Source: Malacoraja senta (lineage: Eukaryota). From it: a stretch of 64,000 bases of DNA. Under the pieces are notes generated by a model. The model worked only from the letters and a program-made list of their open reading frames with translations, searched no databases and was not told the origin of the DNA. The stretch is from contig CM075989.1 in the NCBI GenBank assembly GCA_038087875.1, forward strand, positions 11,222,001-11,286,000, read 5' to 3'. A program made the position numbers and the translations under genes. Shown piece after piece: positions 39,328 through 52,470 of this stretch (within the stretch, counting starts at the first letter, position 1; every line of letters starts with the position of its first letter).

Positions 39328-40080
39328 ATGGGCCTGTCCCACTTAGGCGCTTTTTAGACGACTGCAGGTGATTATGCAGTCGCCACATGTTTGCGGGTGG
39401 TTGCCGGGGAGTGGCCTTCATGGTCGTGAGGAGTTCCCGCATTCTGGGATCTAGACGCGGCCTCCTTATAGCCACCGCGAATTGCTCAACATGTTGAAAA
39501 ATTAGTGGTGACTAGAATGAAGCCGCCATGGAGAGTAGCAAGAATTCTATCCGTAGGTAGGTCGCCAGGAGGTCCTAGTGGGTTGCCAGGAGGTTGAATC
39601 TTGTCGTAAGTTGTAGCTGTTGCTAACCGGTGAATTTCATTGGCTCATTGGGGAAAAAAAACGTAAGCAGTAGTTTTCAGAACCAAGGATAACCGACCGG
39701 TAATGTTAAATGTCCGCCGAGCTTCACAGCCGTGTATCTCTGGCTTATTAAAAGTTGTCTCCACTCCTTCTCCCCCCTCTTTTAAAGGACTTACCGTACA
39801 CTGTGCTTTAGCCGTCTGAATTACAGCGTCAACCTTCTTGTTCATCGCGGTGTGTGTCTGTATCACTTTGGCTTTGCTCTGTGTGAACTTCACTCAGACA
39901 GCACTCCCCCCCGCTTGCCCTGTCCCCCGCTTGCATAACGGACTGGTGAAGGAAGCGATGTGTTTGTGTGTGTGTTCCACTCTGACTGCCGCCATTCCTT
40001 TTGCCGTTTTTTCAGGCAACTGCCGGCAACTTGACAGTTGCCGGAGTCGCCTGAAAAATCGCCTCAGTGGACAGGCCCAT
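39328..40080. mobile_element. Non-autonomous TIR element (Harbinger-like, ATGGGCCTGTCCCACT...AGTGGACAGGCCCAT) inserted in a CR1 remnant
   Basis: Terminal inverted repeats with TA on both sides (39326-39327, 40081-40082); CR1 RT-like sequence continues on both flanks. Confidence 0.85.
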
Positions 40081-40707
40081 TAGGGTACAAGGCATGAAAG
40101 GCATTGGTTGGGTGATAGCAGGCACTGTGTAGTGGTGCATGCATGCTTTTCCAAGTGAAAATATGTAACATAGTGTACCACAGGATCGTGCTGCAACTTT
40201 CATTGGTTATAATATGTACAAATGACTTGGATCAGAATGTAGAGCTTATGGTTACTAGGTTTTCAGAAGACACAAAAATTGGGGGACATAGATAACAAAG
40301 AAGGCTATGTACAGATACAGTGGGACATAATCAGCTGGAAAGTTGGGAAGCGGAATGGTCAAAAACTTTCTTATAACCATCAGGTTGAACCAACCTGTAA
40401 AACCTTAATCTTACCTCAACAGTGGAACAATATGGACCACCTCTATAATGAAGCTGGACACAAAATGCTGGAGTAACTCAGGGGGTGAGGCAGCATCTCT
40501 GGAGAGAAGGAATGGGTGACGTTTCGGGTTGATACCCTTCTTCAGACCCTAAACGTCACCCATTCCTTGATCGGTGATGGTCGGCAAGATCTCGATGAGC
40601 TGAAGGGCCTTTTTCCATGCTTATTCTCTAAACTAAACTGAACAAACGAAAATAGTAAATTCCATATTGTGTTTCGATCCATTATTTAATTTCTTCTTCT
40701 CTTACAG

Positions 40708-41467
40708 GTGTCTCAGGAATTACAAGATTTGAAACGACGTGGTCAGTGGCAAAGGAAAGAGACGAGAATAAATTTTTGGAAAAAGTGCCACGATTGTTTC
40801 AAAAAGAATTTGATCTCCAATGTCGTTGCCTCTGAATTCTTCCTGTCCCAGGCCAATAATAAGCTGTCCACTAAGTCGCAATCGCCATTACCTTTGAAAG
40901 AACAGCTTCTGGATATTCAGGAAAAATGCATGTTGCTGATGATAGCTGGCCATTGGTTGTCAAGCAGCACACCGCCACTCTTGGAACAGCTGGAGGAGGT
41001 GGAGAAGAGGATTTGGTTATGCTACATCAGTCAGCAGACTTTGCTGATGTCCACAGCTTCAAGGTGTGCTTGGCAGGTTTCGATCTGTGGCGAAATTACC
41101 TTTGAAGATGCCACCAAAGAGTTCATATTCTCAAACCTGCCGGCTCTGAACTCATCAAAGTACCTCAGGCTGGAAGGATTTCCAAACAAGGACTTGGCTT
41201 CCAAATGTAGGCTAGGAGCAGCAGAGAAAGAAGCCCTTCATATTTTGATTGGCAATTTATTAGATGGAGGATACATCCATCAAGCCAGTAGAGTCTGTAG
41301 ATACTTTGAATTTTATAACCAGGACTTATCACTAGTTCTCCACTGTAGAGCTTTAGCTTCAGGAGAAGCACAAACAACTGATTTCCACCCTTCAATCAAG
41401 ATTCTTTTGACTACAGATGTTGCTTTGAATGGAGAGATGAGACACCATCGAAAAAGGACACCAAGCT
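40708..41467 (+). CDS. SPG11: spatacsin large exon (~ex30): VSQELQDLKRRGQW...INFWKKCH...ASRVCRYF...VLHCRALASGEA...RKRTPS
   Basis: ttacag|GTG acceptor, T|gtaagt donor, 760 nt; the 299-aa ORF 40708..41607 reads past the donor. Confidence 0.96.
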
Positions 41468-42636
41468 GTAAGTTGGTTTATTTGTCATTGTTACAACTCC
41501 TTCAGGAGGCCATTTGGCCTACAGTGTTTGTACCAGGATCTTTGAAAGGGCACAGCACAAGAGACTGCAAATCAGAACAATCTACTGGACGAACTCGGCA
41601 GGTTTAGCAGCAAATGTGGAGGAACAGGAATGGCGGACATCTTGATTCTAGACCCCTGAAGCAGGGTCATGACACAAAAAGACAACTACCCCTTTGCCTC
41701 TACAGATGCTGCTTAACTCGTTGAGTTTCTTCAGCAGTTTGTTTTTCACTCTTTGAAAGAAGCGTCTGAACTTAGTAACTCAATTCCAAGCTTTTTGTCC
41801 TAACCTGGTGCGTTTCAAATATTATTTCACAAAATTATCTGTTAGTGTGTTCCAGGACTAAACTGCTCAATAGCAAAGCAACTGGAAGAGAGTGCTTGCA
41901 GACAGTCCAGTAGCAAATCAGATTAATGGTGTTCAAAAATGGCCAACAATGTGCTGGACTTCACTAGGCATTTGGGGTGTGTGAGATAAATGGTGTGGAG
42001 GTAAAAGATGTGGAAATGGAAGAGAAGAAAGTCTCATTCCTGTTGATGTCAATTTATGCCCCATCAATAATGTTTTAACAGCATATAATAGCTTCTCCCA
42101 TATCACGGAATCTTCAACAAGAGTTTAAGACTTTGACAATTCATTCTGTTTATTTTCTTCAGTTTGTATTGATGTAACGATGAGCTTGCAACAGTGTGCT
42201 TATTTGTCATGTTTAGAGGCCTCTTAAAATGCAAAGTTGATAGAGATAGTAAAGGGAGCATTGACTCAGGGTACAGCATAAATCATTCCAATGTTAATTG
42301 TTAATTCTAAATGCAATTTAATCCTTCCTCTCCTCATTGGTGTCAGGACAATTAATGTTCATCATTGTGAGAATTAACTCTGTCCAACGGGTAATGTTCC
42401 TGTCATTGACTGAGCGTGGAATAATTATCACAATGTGAATGATTTCACAGATAGTCAATAACAGTGTGTGGAAGAGGTTGGATGTGTAGAAGTATGCTGA
42501 TTTTAAAGCACTCTGCAGAAGTTTGGGAGTACTGGTTCATTTCATATTCAAGCAGCACACAAGAAGTGAACAACATTTGTGTGAATGAGGTAAAATTAGT
42601 TGGGGTAATTGGACTTGAATGTAATTAACTACCATA

Positions 42637-42937
42637 GGGCGGCACAGTGGCGCAGCGGCAGAGTTGCTGCCTTACAGCGCCAGGGACCCGGGTTCGATCC
42701 TGACTATGAGTGCTCTCTGTACAGAGTTTGTAAGTTCTCCCCATGACCTGCGTGGGTTTCTCTGAGATCTTTGGTTTCCTTCCACACTTCAAAGACATAC
42801 AGGTTTGTAACTTGGCATAAATGTAAATGTGTCTCTAGTGTGTGTAGGGTAGTGATAATGTGTGGGGATCGCTGGTCGGCGCGAACTCGGTGGGCCGAAG
42901 GGCCTATTTCCGTGGTGTATCTCTAAACTAAACTAAA
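42637..42937 (+). mobile_element. tRNA-derived SINE, HE1/V-SINE type, full length
   Basis: Pol III A box TGGCGCAGCGG (42648-42658), B box GGTTCGATCC (42691-42700), (CTAAA)3 tail. Confidence 0.9.
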
Positions 42938-43559
42938 CCATTTTAAACCATGCATTTTGTTCACCTCTGATGGTGGCAAGGCTGTTGATAAGGTTATTAA
43001 GATGGCATTTGGGTTACTTTCCACAGTTGGCTGAGCTATAAAATAAATCGAGGTTATGCTAGAACTGTATAAAAATAGGCCACCACTATCACCCACACAA
43101 TCCAGGGTTAACACAATGCAGGAAGGATGTAAGTGTTTGAAAAAGCTGATGTGCACTGATTATATCTTAATTGACAAACTTTCATTACACAGAGAGATTG
43201 CTTTTGCTGTGGTTATTTACTTTGGAATAAAGGCAGCCGAGAGGAGTTTAAAATGAAATAGAGGAACTTAGTTTGGTCCTTCCTATTCACTTTATTTCTT
43301 TGAGCAGAGCTGTCCATAATCTGGAGACATAGACCAGGGCTGCATTCAAACATGGGCGCAAGCAATGGCCTTCATTAACCAGGGATTGTACAATCATTTA
43401 TCTTTGGCATTCAGTCGCCTTACTATGACAGAATTCCCAATCATCAAAATATTTAATGTTACCAGCTAAATATATGCCACAGTTACAAGAGCAGGTTGGG
43501 TATGTTGCAGAAAATGATTTGCATCCTGACATCCCAAAACCTTCCTACCATCCAGAAGG

Positions 43560-44012
43560 TTTAGGTTAGGTGTATGATGAATCATTCTGTACTTGCCTGG
43601 ATGAGTTCAGTGCCGACAACACTACAGAGGCTTGAGTTTTTGCAGGACAAAGCAACATACTTAAATGATTTGCAAAATGCACCAGAATTACTAACCAAGA
43701 CTACTCCTAAAGTACCTCTTAAGTTCTGACCACTGCTACAAGTGGTGTGGGCAGTAGGTGCAGGAGAACCCCTCCACTTACACGGTTCCTCTTCAACACA
43801 CCTGATATCAAGAAAAAATGGCCCTTCATTCATAGTTACCAGCTCCAAATCCTGGATCTCTATACATCGGGGTGGGTACTGAGGGAACCCTGACAGAAGA
43901 CGTGCAGCCATTCATGGAGGTGGATTATCATCACTTTCTCATCACCAGTTAGTGGTGGGGAGTAAATACCAGTAATACCCCCCACCTTATAAATAAATAA
44001 ATAAATAAATAA
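43560..44012 (+). mobile_element. Ancient LINE 3' fragment (L2/CR1-group) with (TAAA)n tail
   Basis: LAWMSSVPTTLQRL...QDKA remnant; tail ending ATAAATAAATAAATAAATAAA; related pieces at ~27330-27640(-) and ~33500-33640(+). Confidence 0.55.
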
Positions 44013-44562
44013 AGCACACATAAAGTATTTAAGCAAGCATTTGATGTGCTGTAATTTACAAGACTATGAACTGGAAATTGGGAATAGATTTGATAACTCT
44101 TGGTAAATTGTTGTGGCTGAACAGTCTCTTCTACATAAATTTAAAGGACTTTGAGGCATCAGAAATGGAAGTGAAAAGAAAACCGTTGAGTAGCTTCTGT
44201 TGCAAATTTGATCGGTTTACAACATAACCTGCAAGAAAGAGTTTTCCTAACTCAGTACTTTCCTGCTTTTGGAAATATCAGATAGTTGCCATAAAAATAG
44301 AGAGAGGTGGTGAACTCTGTCCTTTCATAGTTTAGATTTAGATGTATTCTTTACCATGACAATTTCTGCTTTCCATCCAATAATTGCTCAGGAGAGTATT
44401 ATTAATCTATTGGACAAAATAATAATTGCATATTGTTTTGTACATTTTCTTTATTTAATCTGATTATTAACTTTGTATATTTTGTTGCTAAATGGTTACA
44501 TCAGGTGACACTGAGTTCTAGATTTGGGCTCTACCGGATTTTACGCATTAAAATCACGTTCT

Positions 44563-44630
44563 CATGTTTTTTATTGCACAATCAATAAGCAATCATATTT
44601 TTGTTGCACAATCAATAAGCAATCATGTTT
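44563..44630 (+). repeat. 30-bp tandem duplication just upstream of the 44659 acceptor
   Basis: TTGCACAATCAATAAGCAATCAT occurs twice with period 30. Confidence 0.9.
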
Positions 44631-44658
44631 TTCTTTCCTTATTTGATTCTGCTGACAG

Positions 44659-44807
44659 TGAGCAATGCAACCTCATCATTTGTTCAGTGCCAGGAAGACA
44701 ACATTTTTAAAGACCAGGTTGTTAAGGATGTGCAAATTCTCATTAACAAGAGCCACCATGGAAAGAGTTATTGCCATCAGATTCTTAGTTTATACGAGCT
44801 CTCAAAG
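44659..44807 (+). CDS. SPG11: spatacsin exon (~ex31): LSNATSSFVQCQEDNIFKDQVVKDVQILINKSHHGKSYCHQILSLYELSK
   Basis: tgacag|TG acceptor (phase matches upstream exon), AAG|gtactg donor, 149 nt; HGKxYC motif. Confidence 0.9.
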
Positions 44808-46244
44808 GTACTGCATTCAATTGTTCTTACAATTCGTGTAACAATCTGGAAACGAATATTACCACTGTTCTTAAATTATATGTAGCTAAAAGTAAATCAC
44901 TGCTAATCAGTGTTAAGAAAGAAATGTCTTACTCAATTAGTCCAAATAGATGCCCAGAAATGGGAGAAGTGATATAAAGTAGGATTGTGTTCACTAATAA
45001 TGGTATCATTCCAATCCCTGCTGTTATCCACCTTGTGCACTTGAACATTGCCAAAGTGCTGATGTGTGAGCAGTAATCAGTCACATTGCTACAAATCACT
45101 TGTGCAACAGATGATCCTTTACTATCTCAGTTCAAATGTGCTATGCATTCATCTTGGGGTACTGTCTTGGGGATACATTATTTTACTCCATTTTGTTAGT
45201 ATTTACAGTTATGTTAAAGCAAGCTTTCTTAATTTGCAGCGTTTGTGCTAAAATGGATGCTGCACTGTCAATGTGAAGTTAGACAAAAGAGTCAAGTTTT
45301 TTTTGTAATCTAGTGCAATCCTAATCCCTTCTGTCTTGTGAATCCCTGTTCACTTTAGTGTTAATATTCTGGCAATAAACATTGCAGTTCGTACTGGGCT
45401 GTACTGTTTTATAGGTCAGGGGTTCAATGCATAATAGCACCATTTATGCTTTTGTCCTCTGACTCCAATTACTGAGGCATCATTTGGGAACATTGAGAAT
45501 TACATCCACCAACTTAGGTAGCATCTGTGGAAAGCGGAACCCCTAACATTTCAGGTCCTTCATCAGAACTGGTAAAGGGGAAAAAATAACTTGCCTTTCA
45601 GAGAAGACAAGGGAGGCATTGGCAAACTAAGAAACATAGTCTAATTCTGACAGCTGCATTTGCTCATTTGGTCTCACCCTATCTTAGAATTCCCATTGTT
45701 CTGTGCATCTGTTCTGTTCTCTACCCCTTGTCTATTATTTCCTCATTCTGATGAAGAGTCCAGGCCTGAGATATTAATTGTTTTTCATTCCATAGATTCT
45801 GACCGACCTGGATTTTTCCAGCATATTCTGTTTTATTTCATATTTTCATCTACAGCTTTTTTCTTTTCTAACTTGTTCCTTTGGCATTTCACCAGATCTC
45901 CTGATGTTGTCATTTCTTAGAGCTGTTCCTGGCTCTTTACTTTCCACTGTTCACAATTCCCCTTTCCAATTCTCTACTGTACAACCTAGCCAGGTCAAGC
46001 AGCAGTATTTTACATTTCACACATCAGTGAAAAGTGGTAATTCCGTGTGTGCCTTGTTGGAATAGCTCACCAAGGTATTTTGTAATATCAAACCACCAAT
46101 TATGTTTTTTGCATCCTGATCCATAATTTCACTTGGCTTTTTGAATAAATTATTTCACATCATTAATGAACTGGTGAAATAAAAAATCACTGAAGGTAAA
46201 AAAAAATTCCGTAGTCACATATTTTTTATTTTCTTACTCTAAAG

Positions 46245-46443
46245 GAGCTCGGCTTTTCCTTCAATGATATATCAACTCAGGATTCTGACACAGTTTTGAG
46301 GGAAGTGTTATCGTCACAACAGCCGGACCGTTATAAAAAGGCCCAGGCATTTATCACCACGCAAGGACTGAAAGCAGAGGCAGTGGCAGCTCTCGTGGCA
46401 GATGTAGTGGTTCAGGCCCTGCTGTCTTCAACACAATCTAAAG
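46245..46443 (+). CDS. SPG11: spatacsin exon (~ex32): ELGFSFNDISTQDSDTVLREVLSSQQPDRYKKAQAFITTQGLK...LLSSTQSK
   Basis: ctaaag|GAG acceptor, G|gtaaac donor, 199 nt. Confidence 0.94.
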
Positions 46444-47854
46444 GTAAACACTCTGTCTTGCTATTTACTGGGTGCCTTGTATAGACCTGAGTGCAATTTG
46501 TGTATGGAATCCAGAACCCTGTTTCTCTCAGCAGTGGCTACAATTCCAGAGTACAAGTTAATTCATTGATAACTTCCAGAGAAAAAGTTAGACTGATTGA
46601 CGAATAAAGGTCCTCATGTCTGGAAGTCGTATTTTAAATCTGATTCATGACTTCAAAATAAGTCACCTTTACATTGGTGAGGAAACGGCAGAGGTAACAT
46701 CAAACTATTTCATACTTATAAACCACTGGTATAATAATATTGGATCAAAAAAGAAAGATTGTAAATGCCAGAAATATGAAATCGAAGTACACTTGGAGGA
46801 ATGAGAGCTTCTGAAGGAGGGGTCAGCTATATGTTTCTTGTGGAGTCCGTCAATTCAGTGTCAGCTCTTTTGGAACATGTCACCTTATATTAGACTATTG
46901 CATTTACTCTATAATTGGATTAAGCAGCTAGCACAGGGAGCAAGGGATGTGGTCATTATCCTGATTTTGAATGGTGTCTCGGGTGATCCTAGCTGGATAA
47001 TGATGGAGGAGCAGGATTGAACCCAACCTGATTGTGTTCCAGGCATCTCGCCTGCAATGGTCAATTGTCCACTGAGGTTTCGAGTTGGTCTGTGCCTGAA
47101 TAATCAATGAAATGTCTGACATTCCTTGAACTTTATCCCAGCAAAAGTCACAGCATTCCAAAAAGAAAATGGGGAAATGGTGCAAACTTGAGGTGCACAA
47201 AGTAAGATTTTTATGGGTCCAGAAATAAGTTGCTGATATAACTCTTGCCGTCTATATCTGATGCAGTTCCAAAGGACATGTTAATATGCCTTCATAACTG
47301 GTCTGAGGACATTTAGTTTTGCAACTATGTTCTCCATGGACACATCTGCAGTCACATCTGTGTCTTACCCAGTGAGGTCATTATTATGATACCTGTATCA
47401 GATTAAAGTTAAGTTACAAGCTAAACCAGTAAAAATATTGACAAATTCACTCGCATGAAAAAAAATTCTTATTTCAGTTTCATGTCCCTTACATAAGCGG
47501 CATGAAAATCTATCTGAACTACAGGATCCTCGAACACACTGACTCTGGTGAAAGAACAAAGCCTCCTTTTGTATGAATCTGAAAAAGATTATATCATGAA
47601 GTTGATTGCCCATTTGTGGAATTTGTTGAGTTTGTGACATTTACCAAGATTAGGGCTGTTCGTGGTTCTGTGGTTAAATGGTGCCAAAGTGATGTATTGA
47701 GCATGAGGTGCAGACAAAATAGGACAGGATGTACGCAATAAATTAGGTTAGTTTATTGCCACACGTAACCGAGGTATAGTGAAAAGCTTTTTTCTGGGGG
47801 GGGAGAAAATCCTCCTTGAGAATTGTAGTACACCATTGGATGCAAGTATTTAGT

Positions 47855-48455
47855 TCAAAGAAAGTGGCGACACAAGTAGACAGGGTGCTGATGAAAGGTT
47901 GGCAAGTTTTCTTTCATCAGCCAGATTGAGTGGAGGAGTTGGGATGTCATGTTATGTCGGTTGGTAGGGTCGTATTTTGAGTAACATGTACAGTTTGGGA
48001 TAATTCTGCTATTGGAAAAATGTCATTAAACTGGAAAAGTTGCAAAAAAGATTTACAAGAATGTTACTGGGTCTGGAGGGTTTGAGTTATGAGACGACGC
48101 TGGCTAGGTTAGGACTTTTTTTGCCAAGAGCATATGAGGCTGAGATAGGTGAATAGCCACAGTCTTTTCCCAGGGTAAGGGAATTAAAATTAGAGGACAT
48201 GGGTTTAAGGTGAGAGGGGAAAGATTTTAAAAGAAACCAGCAGGACAACTTTTCCACACTGAGGGCGGTGTGTGTTTGGAGGGGTTTGCCAAAGGAAGTG
48301 GCAGAGGGAGGTACAATTATGTCATTTAAAAGATACTTGAACATGTTCTGGCAGAGCAAAGGTTTAGAGGGATATAGGCAATTGCAGGCAAGGTTAGGCA
48401 ACTTAGTCAGCATTGCTGAGTTGGGCTGATTGTGCTGTATAGCTCTTTGACTCCA
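47855..48455 (+). mobile_element. CR1 LINE 3' fragment
   Basis: AAAAGATTTACAAGAATGTT...GGGTTTAAGGTGAGAGGGGAAAGATTT blocks. Confidence 0.8.
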
Positions 48456-49486
48456 TGAAATGTCTTTGTAACTCTTCCCCATATATTCCTCTACTCTTTG
48501 CGTCTTTCAATCTTGATGGCAATGGCAAATAAATTCAAACTAGTACTTTTTTGACAAAAGGCTCTGGCACATAATAAAGGATAAATATAACCTCTGTAAC
48601 TTGGCCTGATTCTGCTGTCATGACTACACAAGCTGAATGTTAGAATCTTCAAACCTGACACTGCAAGTGATGTGGTCTAATTCCTGGTACAGATGCAATT
48701 ATGTCATTTAAAAGATATGACATATGAGCAAGGTTGTTCAGTTTTCTCACTGCCTGCCTAAGTGGACAAAGAGCATTCAGGATGGCGTGAGAAGGTCAAT
48801 ATATTGGGAGCATACTTGAAGGCTGACTGCAACACGTCACAAATTACCCACCCAGGCAAGTTATATTGGCAGATAGCTGGGAGAAGTTGGTCACCCTACA
48901 CTCAGAGACAACAGAGGGCTTTAATGAACTCTACACAAAGCTGAAAAAAAGTTCAATCTGAGAAGTATTGGTCCTGTCATATCTTGGCTCTCTTCTCAGA
49001 GTTGTATTGCACTGAGTAAAGCTGCCCACGGTTGCTGGGTAAGTCTAAATATAGTTTCCATGTGGACTGTCTTGGATTGAGTTTAGAATCAAATGCCAGA
49101 TAGATCAGTGATGATAACTACAATAGTTAGGGGCCACTTTGGGTTTCTCCAAACTGATTTAATCTTGGCCTTTTCACCCAAGGGAGAGAATTGTCACCCA
49201 ATTGGACCCACGTGGATTCTGACATAAACAACTGAGAAGCAATCTTCTTAAGATAGACATAAAACGCTGGAGTAACTCAGTGGGACAGGCAGTATCACTG
49301 GAGAGAAGGAATGGGTGATGCTCCGGCTCGAGACCCTTCTTTAGACCCAACCTGTTGGTAAAATTACAGCTGTTTAAAGGTGTTTCTGCACTTGGAACCA
49401 TCATGGAACACTTGGTGAGCAGGTCTGGATCAGAGGATATAATTCACATACATGACGGTTGTCCCATTAATTATCTTTTCACACAG

Positions 49487-49630
49487 GGCTGGGAATGACG
49501 CAGATCTATAGTCTTCTTGATGGGAAAGAGGCCTTTCTTCAGCTGGCTAAACTGTGCCAAGACCCAATCCTTGTTGGCACGAAGCTACTGGATAAAATCT
49601 CATCCATTTCCAATGGGGAGTTGGAGTGCA
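49487..49630 (+). CDS. SPG11: spatacsin exon (~ex33): GLGMTQIYSLLDGKEAFLQLAKLCQDPILVGTKLLDKISSISNGELEC
   Basis: acacag|GG acceptor, A|gtaagt donor, 144 nt; translated by hand. Confidence 0.93.
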
Positions 49631-50630
49631 GTAAGTAATTGGAAATTCAAAAGCTCTACTGAATGGCCATGATGAAGTAATAGTACAAAGTGACAAGGCG
49701 GGTGCAAAAACTGCTTTATGTTATAATTTAAACCAAAGTATTTCCTGTCAACCAAATATTGTCAATTACTCATTTTTGACAATAGTTCTGAAACTACCTC
49801 CAAAGGTAACTCCGAGCAGATCCTAAGTTAGCTGCTGTTTTGTTTGGCCATAGCTTTGAGGTCAGGAAAAATTATTTATCTTAGTGGTAGCTTACTTGCC
49901 CCTGATTTGGATGTGTAAAGCTTAAACCCTGATCCAGGATGTCATGGTGAGTGTAGACTAATGATGCTGAATACTGTCTGAACATTCAAGAGATAGCTCA
50001 CCTGAACCAACCAACCTTAAGTTTGAACAGTTGGATTCCAAAGTGCCTTTCTTTACCTGAATTTGGCTCATATCGTTCCAAACCTTTTGTATCCATAACA
50101 TAGAAAATAGGCGCAGGAGTAGGCCATTCGGCCCTTCGAGCCTGCACCGCCATTCAATATGATCATGGCTGATCATCCAACTCAGTATCCCGTACCTGCC
50201 TTCTCTCCATACCCCTTGATCCCCTTAGCCACATCTAACTCCCTCTTAAATATAGCCAATGAAAATATATATGAATATATAACCTGTCCATATACCTTTT
50301 AAACATTGTAAATGTACCTACCTCTACTACCCCAGGTGGCGCGTTCCATATACCCACCACGCTAGTGTGAAAAACGTGCTGATTCCCTTTAAATCTTTCC
50401 CTCCTCGCGTCCCCTCTGTTGTACCTGTGTCCCCTTTGTGCCTGTGCCAGCCCTTTGAAAACTCACCAATGAGTTCCACTCCTCTGATCCTCTCGTTATC
50501 CTACAATCTTCCTCCCATTTATTCACTTAACCATTTCCATTTTGAAATCTCTTTTAATATTCAGCAGGGATATTTGATGTCTGTAAATGTGATTATCCCC
50601 CCAGCTCGTTAACACACCTACATCCATTGT

Positions 50631-50759
50631 CTGAAGAAGGGTTTCGGCCCGAAACGTTACCTATTTCCTTCGCTCCATAGATGCTGCTGCACCCGCTGAG
50701 TTTCTCCAGCATTTTTGTGTACCTTCGATTTTCCAGCATCTGCAGTTCCTTCTTTAACA
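50631..50759 (+). mobile_element. 129-bp Penelope-type hammerhead-bearing mini-insertion
   Basis: 9-bp TSD ATCCATTGT at 50622-50630 and 50760-50768; begins CTGAAGAAGGGTTTCGGCCCGAAACGTT. Confidence 0.8.
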
Positions 50760-50799
50760 ATCCATTGTAGGTGCCCTTTGTTGCAGCTTACTCAGCAGG

Positions 50800-50945
50800 A
50801 AGTACTTGCTCAATTGATTACACTCATTCATGCTGCTGTGTCAGAAGGTTGTGGGTTTGAGTCTCGCTCCGGAGATCTGAGCACATATTCAGTCTGGTGC
50901 TCCCAGTGCTGAGGACACCTGTATTGTTGGGGGTGCTGGAAACCA
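50800..50945 (+). mobile_element. Ancient tRNA-derived SINE head (SacSINE1/Deu-SINE-like)
   Basis: GTCAGAAGGTTGTGGGTTTGAGTCTCGCTCCGGAGATCTGAGCACATA; related degenerate copies near 7360-7590(+), 20630-20960(-), 38930-39200(-), 62400-62700(-). Confidence 0.55.
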
Positions 50946-51434
50946 AGATTCATAAGCCCTCCAGAAGACAGAAGGAAGCTTGCACAATCTGGCAAGAACA
51001 CTATCCATAATCAAACTAGTGGGATATATACTGTGTAAATGAGTACCATGGAACTTTATTATTAGTAGCTTGAAAAATGTTTTGTTAATGTGCAAGAGAA
51101 TTTTGATTTCTTGATTGTTGAAAGATACAGCATGGAAACAGGCTCTGCAAACTCCGCATAAACAATACTCAAGATCAGGATCGAACTCGGGTCTCTGACC
51201 CTGTGAGGCAGCAGCTCTACCAGTTGCACCACTGTGTTGCTCCATCTTTAAAGTCGGATTTTTGTAAGTCAGGTCATTCATAACCCAGGGAATCCCGGTT
51301 TTTAATTTCCTATAAAGCATTTGGGAATATCAAAGATTAATAAATAGTATAAATGCCAGTTAATGTTAGTGATGAAAGGATCTGTTGTTTGTTTGTTTGT
51401 TTGTTGACTTCTGACTCCTCCATCATTCCTCAAG

Positions 51435-51568
51435 CTGTGGAACTGCTGATTCTGGCCCATGATTGCTTCAGCCTGACGTGCCACATGGAGGGGATTAGTC
51501 GAGTATTGCAAGCTGCTCGCCATCTCAGTCACAAACACCTGGCTCCCAATGAAGAGTACAGTCTCATG
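51435..51568 (+). CDS. SPG11: spatacsin exon (~ex34): TVELLILAHDCFSLTCHMEGISRVLQAARHLSHKHLAPNEEYSLM
   Basis: ctcaag|CT acceptor, ATG|gtacag donor, 134 nt. Confidence 0.94.
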
Positions 51569-51589
51569 GTACAGTAAAACCCTTGTGTA

Positions 51590-52470
51590 TAACTAGGTAG
51601 ACTCCAAAAAGGCATTTGATGTGGTCTTTTCTGTTTGCTATGAATGTTGTAGCGCAGGGACTGGTACTAGGGCTTCAAGTACGTACAAAGAATTTGGATG
51701 AAGGCATCAAAGGTATGTTTTCAAATTTGCTAAAAAAAACTAAAGACAAGTAGGTTCTGAAGCAGCCATAAGAAGGCTACACAGGTATAAAGGTAAGCTA
51801 ATCAAATGTGCAAGATCTAGCGTATGAAATATAATGTTGGAAAGTGACATTTTCTGTTTTGATAGGAACATTAAAATATTAAATGAACAAGTTATCTAAA
51901 TGGTGAGAAATCGCAGATGTCTGAAATGCAGAGTCGTTGTGCATGATTCATATAAAGATGATATGAAGACATAACAGGAACTAGGAAAGCTAACAGAATG
52001 TTAATTGTGAAAGGAAATGAATCCAACTGTAAGGTTATGCTTCACTTATACAAGGCATTGGTGTGACCACATCTGGGATACAGTGTACCATTTTAACCTT
52101 ATTTAAGGAGGGATGTTACAGCATCAAAAGCAGTTCAGAGAAAGTTTATTCAGCTAGAATGGGCTGGCTGACATGAGGAATGTTGAGCAGGCAGGCTACG
52201 ATTGTGTCTGCTTAAGTTTAAAGACAAAGTGAGGAGAATTGAAACATGTAAGATCCTTCCAGACACGAGACACTGCAATTGCTGGAATCTGAAGCAACAT
52301 GCAAACTGTTGGAGGAACTCAGCGTCTGTGGAAGGAAAGGAATTGTTAACAGTTCAAGTCACCCCTGCATCAGAGCCATATTTCCTCTTGAAATAAAAGG
52401 AAGAAATTGAGATCCTTTCTCTGAGGCCTAAGAATGATATTCCTCAAAGGTCAGTGGAAGTAGATTATGA
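51590..52470 (+). mobile_element. Degenerate CR1 LINE fragment
   Basis: AAGGCATTTGAT (KAFD), AAATTTGC (KFA), TTATACAAGGCATTGGTGTGACCACATCTGG (LYKALV.PHL) remnants. Confidence 0.7.

Noticed and set aside
41468-41607. C-terminal extension of the 299-aa ORF
   Set aside because: Follows a consensus GTAAGT donor at 41468; spatacsin similarity stops and the sequence runs into a Penelope-type repeat.
42637-42710. tRNA gene
   Set aside because: A/B boxes continue into a SINE core and CR1-like tail; it is a SINE head, not a full cloverleaf.
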